From the NCBI GenBank assembly GCA_018820005.1, contig JAHJOS010000511.1, forward strand, positions 1 to 46,254: 46,254 nt of DNA. The letters are read 5' to 3'. The notes beneath the pieces were generated by a model. That model did not search any database. It was not told the origin of the DNA and saw only the letters and a list, made by a program, of their open reading frames with translations. The DNA is from Alphaproteobacteria bacterium. Lineage in GTDB: Bacteria; Pseudomonadota; Alphaproteobacteria; Rhizobiales; Devosiaceae. This document shows positions 19,900 through 29,487 of this stretch, one piece after another. The first letter of the stretch is position 1, and each line of letters opens with the position of its first letter. The position numbers were made by a program, and so were the translations under genes.

Positions 19900-21348
19900 T
19901 CACCTCGCCATTGCCAGCCCGGGGATCGAAGCGTCCACGGCCCCACTGCCGGCACGCACGGTGCGCCAAGTGTTGTAGGCCATGAGCAACATGCCAGAGG
20001 CAAATAAGCCTCCCCCGATCAACCGCACCACATAACCTGGGTGGCTGGCCTGAAGCGCCTCCACGAAGGAATAGGTCAGCGTGCCGTCTTCATTTATGGC
20101 GCGCCACATCAGGCCCTGTGTAATGCCGTTGACCCACATCGAGGCGATGTAGAGCACGGTTCCGATCGTGCTTAGCCAGAAGTGGGCGTTGATTAGCGCA
20201 ACGCTATTCATCTGTTCACGTCCCCATAGCTTCGGAATCATATGGTAGAGCGTGCCGATACTGATCATTGCGACCCAGCCGAGGGCGCCGGCGTGTACGT
20301 GCCCGATGGTCCAGTCGGTGTAATGGGAGAGGGCGTTGACGGTCTTGATGGCCATCATCGGACCTTCGAAGGTCGACATGCCGTAGAACGCGAGAGAAAC
20401 CACCAGAAATCGAAGGACCGGGTCGGTGCGCAACTTATGCCAGGCGCCGGACAGGGTCATCATGCCGTTGATCATGCCGCCCCAGCTCGGTGCGAGGAGA
20501 ATCACTGACATCACCATGCCCAGGCTCTGCACCCAATCAGGCAGCGCCGTGTAGTGCAGGTGATGCGGCCCCGCCCAGATATACAGGCTGATGATGGCCC
20601 AGAAATGGACAATCGACAGGCGATAGGAATAGATCGGGCGCTCCGCCTGCTTGGGGATGAAGTAGTACATCATTCCGAGGAACCCCACCGAGAGAATGAA
20701 CCCGACCACGCTGTGCCCATACCACCACTGCACCATCGCATCGGTTGCGCCCGAGTAGATCGGGTACGACTTCAGCAGCGTGACCGGGACGAGCATGTGG
20801 TTGACGATGTGGACCATCGCCGTGACGATGATGAACGCGCCATAAAACCAGTTGCCGACATAAATATGGCTGACGCGGCGTTTGGCGATCGTGCCGAAGA
20901 ACACCCATGCGTAAGCGATCCATACGATGGTGGCTAGCAGCGCGATCGGCCACTCCATCTCCGCGTACTCCTTGGAGGTGGTGTAGCCCAGCGGATAGCT
21001 CACCACCATCGCAGCGATAACGGCCTGCCACCCCCAAAAAACGAAACCGGCGATACTATCGGATATCAGCCGTACTCGGCTGGTCCGCTGGACCACGTAC
21101 AGGGACGTCGCAAGCAGCGCGTTGCCGCCAAACGCGAAGATGACAAGGTTGGTATGCAGCGGGCGGATGCGGCCAAAGCTGGTCCAGGGTAGGTCAAAAT
21201 TCAGGTGCGGCCAGACCAGTTGCGCTGCAATGAAAACGCCCAGCGCCATACCCACAATCCCCCATATGAGGGTCATGAGCGTGAAGTGGCGAACGACACT
21301 GTAGTTATAGGTTTCGCCGGGTGAACCGGCAGATATCGCGTGGGACAT
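19900..21348 (-). CDS. ccoN: cbb3-type cytochrome c oxidase subunit I (orphan isoform)
   Basis: [21 protein letters not shown] and [13 protein letters not shown] heme/Cu ligand motifs; no ccoO/ccoP alongside. Confidence 0.95.
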   Translation of the reverse strand: MSHAISAGSPGETYNYSVVRHFTLMTLIWGIVGMALGVFIAAQLVWPHLNFDLPWTSFGRIRPLHTNLVIFAFGGNALLATSLYVVQRTSRVRLISDSIAGFVFWGWQAVIAAMVVSYPLGYTTSKEYAEMEWPIALLATIVWIAYAWVFFGTIAKRRVSHIYVGNWFYGAFIIVTAMVHIVNHMLVPVTLLKSYPIYSGATDAMVQWWYGHSVVGFILSVGFLGMMYYFIPKQAERPIYSYRLSIVHFWAIISLYIWAGPHHLHYTALPDWVQSLGMVMSVILLAPSWGGMINGMMTLSGAWHKLRTDPVLRFLVVSLAFYGMSTFEGPMMAIKTVNALSHYTDWTIGHVHAGALGWVAMISIGTLYHMIPKLWGREQMNSVALINAHFWLSTIGTVLYIASMWVNGITQGLMWRAINEDGTLTYSFVEALQASHPGYVVRLIGGGLFASGMLLMAYNTWRTVRAGSGAVDASIPGLAMAR

Positions 21349-21935
21349 GAGGGCACCAGGTTGCGCGGAAGGGGATTGATTGGCCACCCAGCCCCTGTAG
21401 TCCTTTCTTCGAAGGCTATTGTTTGTCAGACGAGGCGAGTGCACCAAAACAAAGCATGGCAAGTCTGCTCGCCTCACTCGATTAAGACAAAAGAATCTTA
21501 TTGCCGTTTAAGTGCATCATTATTGATATAAGAGAAATCGGTGGGGTGACCGAGCCAGCTAGGTCACGTGGTGGCGCCGACACGCTTGAGCCGCGGAAAG
21601 CGGGACATCGTTGCGATGTGATCACGCACCTCGAGCCGGAGGCCGAACCACAACGTGCACTTGAGATGGCATCGTCACCTGGAACGACATGGTGCAGTGT
21701 GGCGCGAATGCGAAGCGGCCTTCACGATCAGGCGGTTCAGCAAGCCCGCTCAGGGCATCGTGCGCGCCCTGAATAATGACGTAGCGCCGCGGCGATCATC
21801 GTTGCGCTCTGTCGAACGGGTTTGGATTCGGCGTCGTCAATGCCGGCGTGCTGTTCGCTGGGGGCCGGTCCGTGGCATGTGCCCATCAGTGAGCGGAAGA
21901 GGCCGCCTCAGTAGCGAGGCGGCCCTAAGTGGCGC

Positions 21936-22832
21936 TCAGAACCTGACTACAGCCCCGTCTTCCGGGACGTCGACACGGTCTCGCACGCCCTTCTCGGCAA
22001 CATAGGCTTTGAGCTCTTCACGGGTCTGGCTCATATGGTTGATCGAGTCCATATGAGTGGCCACGATCCTGGCGTCAGGCACAGTTTGGGCGGCCCGGAC
22101 GACATCTTCCTTGCCCATGAGAATGGCGCCGTCGAAGCCGGTTACCAATGCGTAGCCCGCATTGACCACGATGACGTTCGGGCTGTACTGAGTCAGCGCC
22201 TGATCCACCTCGTCACGCCAGATCGTGTCGCCAACCAGGTACGTGGTCTTCCGTCCCGGTGCCTGAAACACGACCCCCATCGCCTGACCGAGCATTTCAG
22301 CGAGTTGTGCATTGGCGTACATCTTGTCGGTGCCATGCTGGCCGCCGGTCTTGCTCAGGGTAACTCCGCCAAATTCAGTTCCGTCCTCCAGGACACGAAC
22401 ATCCTCAAAGCCCTGGCTGCGAATGAGCTTCGCATCGGATTCGTTCTGCACAAACAGGGGGAGGCGCTTGGGTATCAGTTGCTGGGCCGCGTCATCCCAA
22501 TGGTCGAGGTGGGTGTGCGTCACGATGATTGCATCCACGTCAGCCAGTACCTGCTGCGTGGACATGGGCAACTCGACCATCGGATTGCGCAGCTCGCTGC
22601 GATACGTGCCTTCGAAACCGGGATAGGCATCTTTTTTGGCAAGCATCGGATCGATGAGGAACGTGGTATCGGCGTAGGTGACTTTCACGGTGGCGTTGCG
22701 GATCTGCTGCAGCTGCACCGACGTGCTGGCCGAGGCGGTTGAGCTGGTGTTTGTGTCGTTGGCCCGGCTGGCACCGGCGGTGAGGCTGAGCGCAAGTACC
22801 AGAGAACCTGTGAGGGTACGTTGAAACAGCAT
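21936..22832 (-). CDS. Exported MBL-fold metallo-hydrolase
   Basis: Signal peptide, QQIRNAT, LIDPML, THTHLDHWD, GDT and THMD motifs. Confidence 0.88.
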   Translation of the reverse strand: MLFQRTLTGSLVLALSLTAGASRANDTNTSSTASASTSVQLQQIRNATVKVTYADTTFLIDPMLAKKDAYPGFEGTYRSELRNPMVELPMSTQQVLADVDAIIVTHTHLDHWDDAAQQLIPKRLPLFVQNESDAKLIRSQGFEDVRVLEDGTEFGGVTLSKTGGQHGTDKMYANAQLAEMLGQAMGVVFQAPGRKTTYLVGDTIWRDEVDQALTQYSPNVIVVNAGYALVTGFDGAILMGKEDVVRAAQTVPDARIVATHMDSINHMSQTREELKAYVAEKGVRDRVDVPEDGAVVRF

Positions 22833-23157
22833 GGGATGACTCCTGAGGACTGTGCCGTTAAAGGAACGCACATCTTGCGGGGCGGGCCGAAGAGGCGACA
22901 TCGGCCTGAATGACAATCATGGATATATTCGGGCCAAGCTGTCATCGAAGCGGCCGTATATCGTCGGCCCAGCCCACGGCGTAAAGGAGCGCCAGTCGAC
23001 GCGCTCGATCTGGCCCCAGCACCAACTGATCAATGGTGAAAGCCGGGAACCGGGTAACTGAACGGTTGGCCCAACTAAGGCCGATAGATAGATATGGGCC
23101 AGGTTTAGAGGATCGTGGGATACTGGCAGCCCCCCACATCACCGCTGCGGAACTCCC

Positions 23158-24126
23158 ATGTCGTCGCTGAACGTCTGCGTTGTCGCCTTCGAAGGCGTGA
23201 GCCTTTTCCACCTCTCTGTACCCGCGATGGTGCTGGGTGCTGGGGATGGAGCGTCGACCACCGCCCGTTATGAGGTGTCCTACTGTGCGGCGCGGCCGGG
23301 CAAGGTGCGCTGTGATCAGGGACTGACCATCGACGTGCCGGACGGGATGGCGGCCATGGTGTGCGCCGACATCGTCATCGTTCCGGCCTGGAACGATCCA
23401 GAGATGCCGGCGCCTGTCGAGCTGATAGAGGGTTTGCGCCAGGCGCATGCGCGCGGAGCCCTGATCGTGGGCCTATGTCTGGGCGCCTTCGTGCTGGGCG
23501 ACGCCGGGTTGCTCGATGGGCGGGAAGCAACCACTCACTGGGTGGCTCGCGAGGTGTTTGCGCGGCGCTTTCCGCGCAGCCATTTTCGACCCGATGTGCT
23601 CTATGTGGCGGATGACAACGCCATCACCTCCGCCGGAACGGTGGCGGCCATCGACTGCTGCCTACATCTGCTGCGTCAGCGCCGCGGTGCGGACGTGGCC
23701 AATCGGGTCGCGCGGCTGCTGGTCACACCCCCGCATCGCCAGGGAGGACAGGCCCAGTACATTGAACAGCCGGTACCCCAGCTGCCGAGCGAGAGCCGTC
23801 TACCGGAAGTGCTGGCCTGGGCGCGGCAGCATCTGGAGCAAAGCCTGTCTCTCGATGCCCTTGCCGAGGCGGCCCATATGAGCCGTCGTACGTTTACGCG
23901 GCGATTCCGGGAGGCGACGGGCACCACCTTCGTCAAATGGCTAAATGCAGAGCGGGTTGCAAGGGCCCAGCAGCTGCTGGAAACCACGGACATGCCCATC
24001 GACTGCGTGGCCTCGCAGGCCGGTTTCGGCACCACGCTATCGCTGCGTCAGCAGTTCGCGGCCCAGCTGGGCACCACGCCGTCAGGCTATCGGCGTACCT
24101 TTCAAGCGGTGGTGAAAACCGGCTGA
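23158..24126 (+). CDS. GlxA-family AraC regulator (DJ-1/PfpI domain + HTH)
   Basis: GLCLGAF, ATTHW, GGQAQY, C-terminal AraC HTH; divergent from the MBL gene. Confidence 0.92.
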   Translation: MSSLNVCVVAFEGVSLFHLSVPAMVLGAGDGASTTARYEVSYCAARPGKVRCDQGLTIDVPDGMAAMVCADIVIVPAWNDPEMPAPVELIEGLRQAHARGALIVGLCLGAFVLGDAGLLDGREATTHWVAREVFARRFPRSHFRPDVLYVADDNAITSAGTVAAIDCCLHLLRQRRGADVANRVARLLVTPPHRQGGQAQYIEQPVPQLPSESRLPEVLAWARQHLEQSLSLDALAEAAHMSRRTFTRRFREATGTTFVKWLNAERVARAQQLLETTDMPIDCVASQAGFGTTLSLRQQFAAQLGTTPSGYRRTFQAVVKTG

Positions 24127-24221
24127 TAAACGCCTTGGCGTGCTTTGAGTCGTCTACGCACACCTACCAATGGCACCGGCAACAGGGCCAGCGTCGCCTG
24201 CGTGATCATGCGTACCGATCG

Positions 24222-24940
24222 CTAGATCTGACCCAAGGCTGCTGCCGAAGCCACAGCCGCCGCGATGTTTATTGCATCGAGCTTGCGCATGGCGTTCTCG
24301 TGATGAAAGCGCACCGTCCGCGCACTCACACCCAGGATCAGCGCCACGTCGGCCTGGCTCTTGCCGCGCGAGGCCCAGAGCAGGCATTGGCGTTCACGGC
24401 AGGTCAGGGGCAAGACACCACACGCGCCTGACAGCTCTCCGACTCGCAGGTGCAGCGTCGTCGCCAGCCCTGACAGCAGGTAGGCGTCGCGTATGCCGAT
24501 TTCTCGCGCACCGACGTTATCGGTGCGTTGGCTCACATTAAGTGCAGCCAGCTGCTCGCCCCGCACGTGCGCGGGGACGGTCGCGCCCCGGCAGGTGTCA
24601 ATCCGGTGAAGACGCGCGCATGACAAAAAGGCCAGCTCATCAGATCCGAGCGATACCGGACTCAGTTCTGACCACAGGAAGGGAAGGGGGCAGCCACGCA
24701 ACCGCTGCATGAACGGATCAATGCACCCATAGCCGTTGGACCGATACAGCACCTGCCAGCGCTCGTCGCAATTGGAGACAAGCACCGGCGAGCCCTTGAG
24801 CACGCAACCCGTCACGCTGATAAGGCGTACTGATCGATACCCAGCCGGGCGAACAGCGCACCCAACACCCGATGCACCTCATCAAACCCATCCGCCTCGC
24901 ACAGAGCATGCGTGGCACGCCTGATCAGATCGAGCTCCAC
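24222..24940 (-). pseudogene. LuxR solo (autoinducer-binding domain + HTH) with a 1-nt frameshift
   Basis: GGAGG RBS and GTG at 24940; N-terminal frame stops near 24812; span is 719 nt, one short of 240 codons; W..Y..DP..W ligand residues and LT.RE HTH lie in the second frame. Confidence 0.75.
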
Positions 24941-25130
24941 GACGACCTCCAACCGGCACCGAACGAAAACACAAACGCACTCAGGCCATGCTCAGCCAGG
25001 CACAAGACATGACCAAGGCACGCAGGCGTGCCCAGGCGCACACGCCCGAACAAAACAGCCAGAGACAGAAACCAGCCAGCAGACCAAATGAGAAAAAGGA
25101 ACGGGCCAAAAGAGACCCGCTCCCCGGCAG

Positions 25131-25409
25131 CTAGCCTGCAGCCGCGCCGGATACGGCGCGCCGATACAGCACGACCATCTCGTCGAGCAGCGATTCAGCG
25201 GCATACAGCGTAATCTTCAGCCGCAGGTCCTGGGGATAGAACCCATCAGGCCCGCCAATCTGCTGCAGCAGATCCTTGACCATGTCGGCACGCAGCTCGG
25301 CCTCAGCCAGCACAGGCTGTCGTGCAGGAACGGCCGCAGACAACGAGGGCGACGATGGTGATCTTGAACGGTAAGGGAAGGGTAGAAGCCTGGATTCGCA
25401 ATCAGCCAT
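25131..25409 (-). CDS. Small hypothetical protein downstream of the C4-like module
   Basis: GGAGG RBS before ATG (MADCESRL...); 92 aa, predicted helical. Confidence 0.55.
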   Translation of the reverse strand: MADCESRLLPFPYRSRSPSSPSLSAAVPARQPVLAEAELRADMVKDLLQQIGGPDGFYPQDLRLKITLYAAESLLDEMVVLYRRAVSGAAAG

Positions 25410-25544
25410 GGCACACCTCCGAAGAGGCGACACAAAACGAAGCTGATGAATCATGGTGGGGCGCGGGCGTAAAAAGGAAGTATCGCATGTTGCTGGTGCT
25501 CCTTGGTTCGATTAAGGAGCCGCCTCTGCCGTTGCTACGCGGTA

Positions 25545-25627
25545 ATGGAGGCGGACCGCACGGGGGTAGCAAACCGGGAACCAAGGGAACCGGCCAGGCC
25601 GAAGCCTGCCCCGCACGGCCCGCCATA
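25545..25627 (-). ncRNA. C4-type antisense RNA
   Basis: Closing stem ATGGCGGGCCGTGCGGG/CCCGTGCGGTCCGCC..CAT, CAGGC-TTCG-GCCTG hairpin, loop CCTTGGTT and linker TTGCTAC; complementary targets on both flanks. Confidence 0.75.
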
Positions 25628-25680
25628 GCAAAGCAGTAGCTTGGTGCTAAGCACCAACTACCAGCTATGACGCTGCCGCG

Positions 25681-25731
25681 CCTTGGTTTGCCAAGTTGCT
25701 ACACCCGGTCGTGGGATTTACCACGACCGGG
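25681..25731 (-). promoter_or_regulatory. Upstream C4 target (a1/b1-like) with hairpin
   Basis: Minus-strand GTAGCAAC and AACCAAGG are complementary to the C4 loops; hairpin CCCGGTCGTGG/CCACGACCGGG at 25704-25731. Confidence 0.65.
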
Positions 25732-25890
25732 ACAGTCTAGCGCGGGGGGTATGGGTAGGGCAAACAGACTGCGGCGTAGTTGCGAGGGCGACTTTCGACC
25801 CGTAGCAGCCGTTCACGAGGGGCGGATTTTCCAAAAAAACCCAGTGAGCACCAGCTAGCAGTTATGAACTGATAATCGAGATGTCGTTAC

Positions 25891-26118
25891 TTACGAGAAT
25901 GCCTTAGCAACCGAGTAATGAAGGTTAACGTATCCCTTATCCACATGCCTCCTATTTCCTCGGTGAAATTGATGAAGTATCACTTCTCCACGGTCATCCG
26001 TGTAGGTTACATAAAAAATTCCGATTATATATAGGAGCCGGAATAGCTCTCCGATATCATATTTAACGCCTTCTTCCTGCATTTTTCTATGAGCGGGCTC
26101 AAGCTCTTTTAGCGCCAT
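25891..26118 (-). pseudogene. AT-rich C-terminal fragment of an unidentified gene
   Basis: Frame stays open upstream into the end of the adjacent immunity gene without a convincing RBS; probably a truncation junction. Confidence 0.35.
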
Positions 26119-26143
26119 AGCAAGATCATACTTATGCCCCTGC

Positions 26144-26653
26144 TCAAAGGCTCGCCGACACCTGCCCGCAAATACACGAAAGAACGGGGGTTACACTTTG
26201 AGCTTTTCCGGACTCCAAAAGATCTTTTAGTTTGGATATAACAATACTTACAGAATCACCTTTATTTATCGGTGCTTCGCTGCTTTTGGCTGTATCTATC
26301 TCTGCGACTTGCGCATCCGCCATGGTTATAATGGCAATTTTTTCCTGATTCTTTCCCTTAACCAATATTTCGGTGGAGCCTATAATTTTTTCAAGCTCTT
26401 CTGGACATTCGTCAGTAGCATAAAAGTCGTTTGCAGGTACGAATTCGACCTTTTCGACTCCCTGGTCACTGAGGTGTTGACGCAGCTGGGTACTTGTCCA
26501 TCCTATTTGGACACCCTCTATTTCGCCGCTTTGCAAATCTTCTTGCTTGTAAAACAATTTCTTCGAAAATTTTCCCACCCCAGTTTCAGGGCAAGCTGCG
26601 GAGATGCTCGGCACTAATAGGGCGAGCAGGATTGCAATTTTATTTATCGCCAT
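26144..26653 (-). CDS. Putative immunity protein (exported) of orphan cassette 3
   Basis: Overlaps the end of the toxin tip; N-terminal signal peptide; AT-rich; 3' end possibly truncated. Confidence 0.65.
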   Translation of the reverse strand: MAINKIAILLALLVPSISAACPETGVGKFSKKLFYKQEDLQSGEIEGVQIGWTSTQLRQHLSDQGVEKVEFVPANDFYATDECPEELEKIIGSTEILVKGKNQEKIAIITMADAQVAEIDTAKSSEAPINKGDSVSIVISKLKDLLESGKAQSVTPVLSCICGQVSASL

Positions 26654-27200
26654 GATTTTGGCCCCAGGCTCCAGGAATATTTGGTGCAGTCCCACCGGCA
26701 TTCTCGATTATGTTATCAGCCGCTGTATTGGAATTGTTGCCTGTTGGAGGAATTCGATAGGGCCCCTGAGAGTAGTTATTTCCCGAACCAGTTACTGCCT
26801 TATCAAAATCACTCTGAGTGGTTCCAGCAGGTGGCCAAATAATTCTGTTTGTATCATTAGCCCCGGGATTTTCAAATGCATTTCTGTCGTTATTGTAAGT
26901 ATCACTTTCGTTCTGGGTCATTGGCCCATTAGGTTTCACAGGGCCGGTGCCTCCGCCAGCTAGTGAGTACTGGCTATCAATCACTTTCTTCGAATTCCCG
27001 CACTTATCGAACTCCCAATGCCAAACGATAACGGCGCAATGAACTGGTTTAGCCATACCAGGAGGTAGCAATGAAAGCGGCCGACAAGTCATGGTGACTT
27101 CGAGTCCGTATTGGTCAATATATTTGAGTGGGTTCCCCATCGCATACCCGTAGGTATTCAGTCCCCCCTTAAGTCCAATCGGATCGCTTTCGACGTATCG
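26640..27200 (-). pseudogene. Orphan Rhs toxin tip, cassette 3
   Basis: [33 protein letters not shown], then a unique C-terminal domain with HC, Y..P..GNNSNT motifs; no proper start. Confidence 0.85.
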
Positions 27201-27312
27201 TCCGCCTACCTGGCGTCAAAGCTACAAACCCACACAGCCAAAGCCCCGCCCGCCTGCCTTTCAAGCCAGCACAAATCCACAAAGCAGCACGCTAACCAGC
27301 CACACCCCCCAA
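27175..27312 (-). repeat. Cassette leader repeat, copy A
   Basis: About 80% identical by eye alignment to 29202-29335; fused to the RYVESDPIG codons. Confidence 0.85.
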
Positions 27313-27334
27313 GGAAGGTGGACGAGCACCTTCC

Positions 27335-27616
27335 TCATGCAACCGCAAGCACAATGACGAAGCAAGACAGTGAAATGATGGAAGTTACTGCCGCTCGAAT
27401 GTAGGCCCTGACAATTTGACCCGCTTCAAGCGACATGCCTTTTGATTCCGGGTTCTTATACAGAATAAATTGCAAAACAACTGACGAGTAAAATTCATAC
27501 CCCTTTATGTTTGCAGAGCCGAGTGCGTCCTCTAATTCAGGCTTGATGCTTAAGCACTTAATCAGTCCGTATATCCCTGCACATAGCGCAGCGGTTAAAA
27601 TGGCACCTAAAATCAT
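27335..27616 (-). CDS. Putative membrane immunity protein of orphan cassette 2
   Basis: 93 aa with hydrophobic N- and C-terminal segments; starts 2 nt after the toxin stop. Confidence 0.65.
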   Translation of the reverse strand: MILGAILTAALCAGIYGLIKCLSIKPELEDALGSANIKGYEFYSSVVLQFILYKNPESKGMSLEAGQIVRAYIRAAVTSIISLSCFVIVLAVA

Positions 27617-27618
27617 GA

Positions 27619-28227
27619 TTACTCCAGTGGTATATTCAAGCCTACGCCAGATCCGGTGACTTTAGCACCGATAGCTGGTCCGACTCCTACACGGCCGGAA
27701 ACGCCATTTGTCCCTTGAGTGGAAGATACATCAACGCTGATTGGTCCATATATCGGCACAGATAATCCAGCAGACGTCCCTACTGTAGTCATTTTTGAAT
27801 TTACTGAGCCTGCCGATCCGGACACTCCAGCCGTTACGGAAACGCCTATGCCTATGCCCGGAGCAATCGAGAAACTCAGATTATTCTGGCTTGGTGAGAC
27901 ACTCAAATCGCCTGAAATAACTACCGGGACTGGCCCGAGTTGCCCCCAAACTCCAAGTTTAACGTCCACGTTAGATAAGCCTCGCGTCGAGCCTGGAAGC
28001 GCAGAAGCCAAGCCCGATGGGCAGTATCCTTCAGGATATGGGATGCCTCCGTTGCAGATCGTTTGCCCATACTCATCCTTCCAACATTTGCTTAAGCCAT
28101 AGGGATCTACAAAGATCAAAGGGTTTCCCCCAACATATCCATATGTGTTCAAGCCACCCGCCAGCCCGATCGGATCACTTTCGACATAGCGCCCCGTCTC
28201 GGGGTCGTAATCGCGGAAGTAGTTGTA
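27619..28227 (-). pseudogene. Orphan Rhs toxin tip, cassette 2
   Basis: [45 protein letters not shown], then a Gly/Val/Ser-rich beta-like domain. Confidence 0.85.
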
Positions 28228-28288
28228 AACTAATTCACATCAGCACCTCTGACTCCCGAGCTACCTGGTCGCATCGGCAGCACATTAC

Positions 28289-28312
28289 ACGCTGCGCTCA
28301 ACCCATCCTACG
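28289..28312 (-). repeat. Partial REP-like element
   Basis: Minus strand CGTAGGATGGGTTGAGCGCAGCG resembles GTAG-type pseudomonad REPs but lacks the second arm. Confidence 0.35.
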
Positions 28313-28314
28313 AG

Positions 28315-28731
28315 CTAATCAGCTAACTCAAACTCTAGGGAGTCAATTTGCTCTAATATAAATCCGTCGTCGTAATACAATTCCACATAAGGCTCTCCAC
28401 TCATCATTGTGCCCGCTGTGTCTATTGACTTGATTTTAAGCTTAGCTTCCCTTGAAATGGATATGCTGCGTGCGTGACAGTATATGTTTCCAGCACGCTG
28501 TGTTTTGCAGAACTGCTTTTGAGAATTGTCTGGGAGGATGTAATAGGCAGTTACCTCATCCCAGAACTCCTTCTCCCCAATCTTGAGCTCATCCAAAACC
28601 ATGACTTCAAACAGAGTTTTCTCTACGCAAGAAAACTCCGAGGGATCATCTGAGTTTTTCGAAAAGCACTCCACCCATAGTCTGTTGCTGTATGTGGCCC
28701 AGAGATTTATTTTTTTGGTTAGGACTAACAT
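28315..28731 (-). CDS. Putative cytoplasmic immunity protein of orphan cassette 1
   Basis: Acidic 138-aa protein starting 1 nt after the toxin stop. Confidence 0.7.
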   Translation of the reverse strand: MLVLTKKINLWATYSNRLWVECFSKNSDDPSEFSCVEKTLFEVMVLDELKIGEKEFWDEVTAYYILPDNSQKQFCKTQRAGNIYCHARSISISREAKLKIKSIDTAGTMMSGEPYVELYYDDGFILEQIDSLEFELAD

Positions 28732-28732
28732 A

Positions 28733-29227
28733 TTACTGCCCTCCGGTTCGCTGGGCGCCAGGGCGCGTTGCGTCAATTACATCCTGCCTTCTTACTCGCT
28801 CCGCATGGTTTGAAACGCCTGTTCTAACACTTCCATCAGGGAGAACATTGCGGAAGTTTGGGTGTGTGTGCTCTGCCATCCCAGCGTGAGGCTTTGAGGG
28901 GGGAGTATGGACCTCTTTGAATACGTCACCTTTCGCGTTGCGAACTTTAGTGATTCCTTGAGGCAGTGTCCCGCTAATAGTGCGAGGGACAGGACAGTAA
29001 GCACGTTCTCCTTGTGGGTTTAGACCGCCCCTGAGCCCCCCAATTGGCCCCACGCCTCCAGTTGGGTTACAGATCAACCCCTCAAAACCAGGCGTACAAA
29101 CATTGCCACCCAACCCATCATCAATCATCAATCCAAATGGATCGATAAAGTTAACGGGATTGCCTTCTACGTACCCGTAAGTGTTAAGCCCACCATTGAG
29201 CCCAATCGGATCACTTTCGACGTATCG
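28733..29227 (-). pseudogene. Orphan Rhs toxin tip, cassette 1 (His-rich, Ntox24-like putative nuclease)
   Basis: [33 protein letters not shown], then EVH..KPHAG..HTH..N..PDG. Confidence 0.8.
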
Positions 29228-29335
29228 TTCGCCTACGCGGCGTCGTAGCTACAATCCCACACAGCCCAAGCCCTACCTGCCTTCCACGCCCTCACAATCC
29301 AGCAAAGTGGCACTCTAACCAGCTACAACCCCCAA
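29202..29335 (-). repeat. Cassette leader repeat, copy B (element end downstream of the recombinase)
   Basis: Homologous to 27175-27312; contains GCTACAA twice. Confidence 0.85.
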
Positions 29336-29487
29336 TGCACTTTTTCGCTTAATTCCCGTGAACCGGACGTGCTTTTCAGCAAGCCGCGCGGGCGTGCAGG
29401 TGTGCGCGTGAGCGCACGGCAGTGCGAACGGGTGGCCATCAGCGGGCACCCAGGCAGCGGGAATGGTTGGGGGTGTGGCGAGGGCCG

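Noticed and set aside
21700-21770. Possible GGDEF remnant (HDALSG/LLNR) on the minus strand
   Set aside because: Too short and requires a frameshift
25402-25626. 74-aa Ash-like ORF (MAGRAGQASAWP...)
   Set aside because: It coincides with the C4 RNA structure, which better explains the sequence
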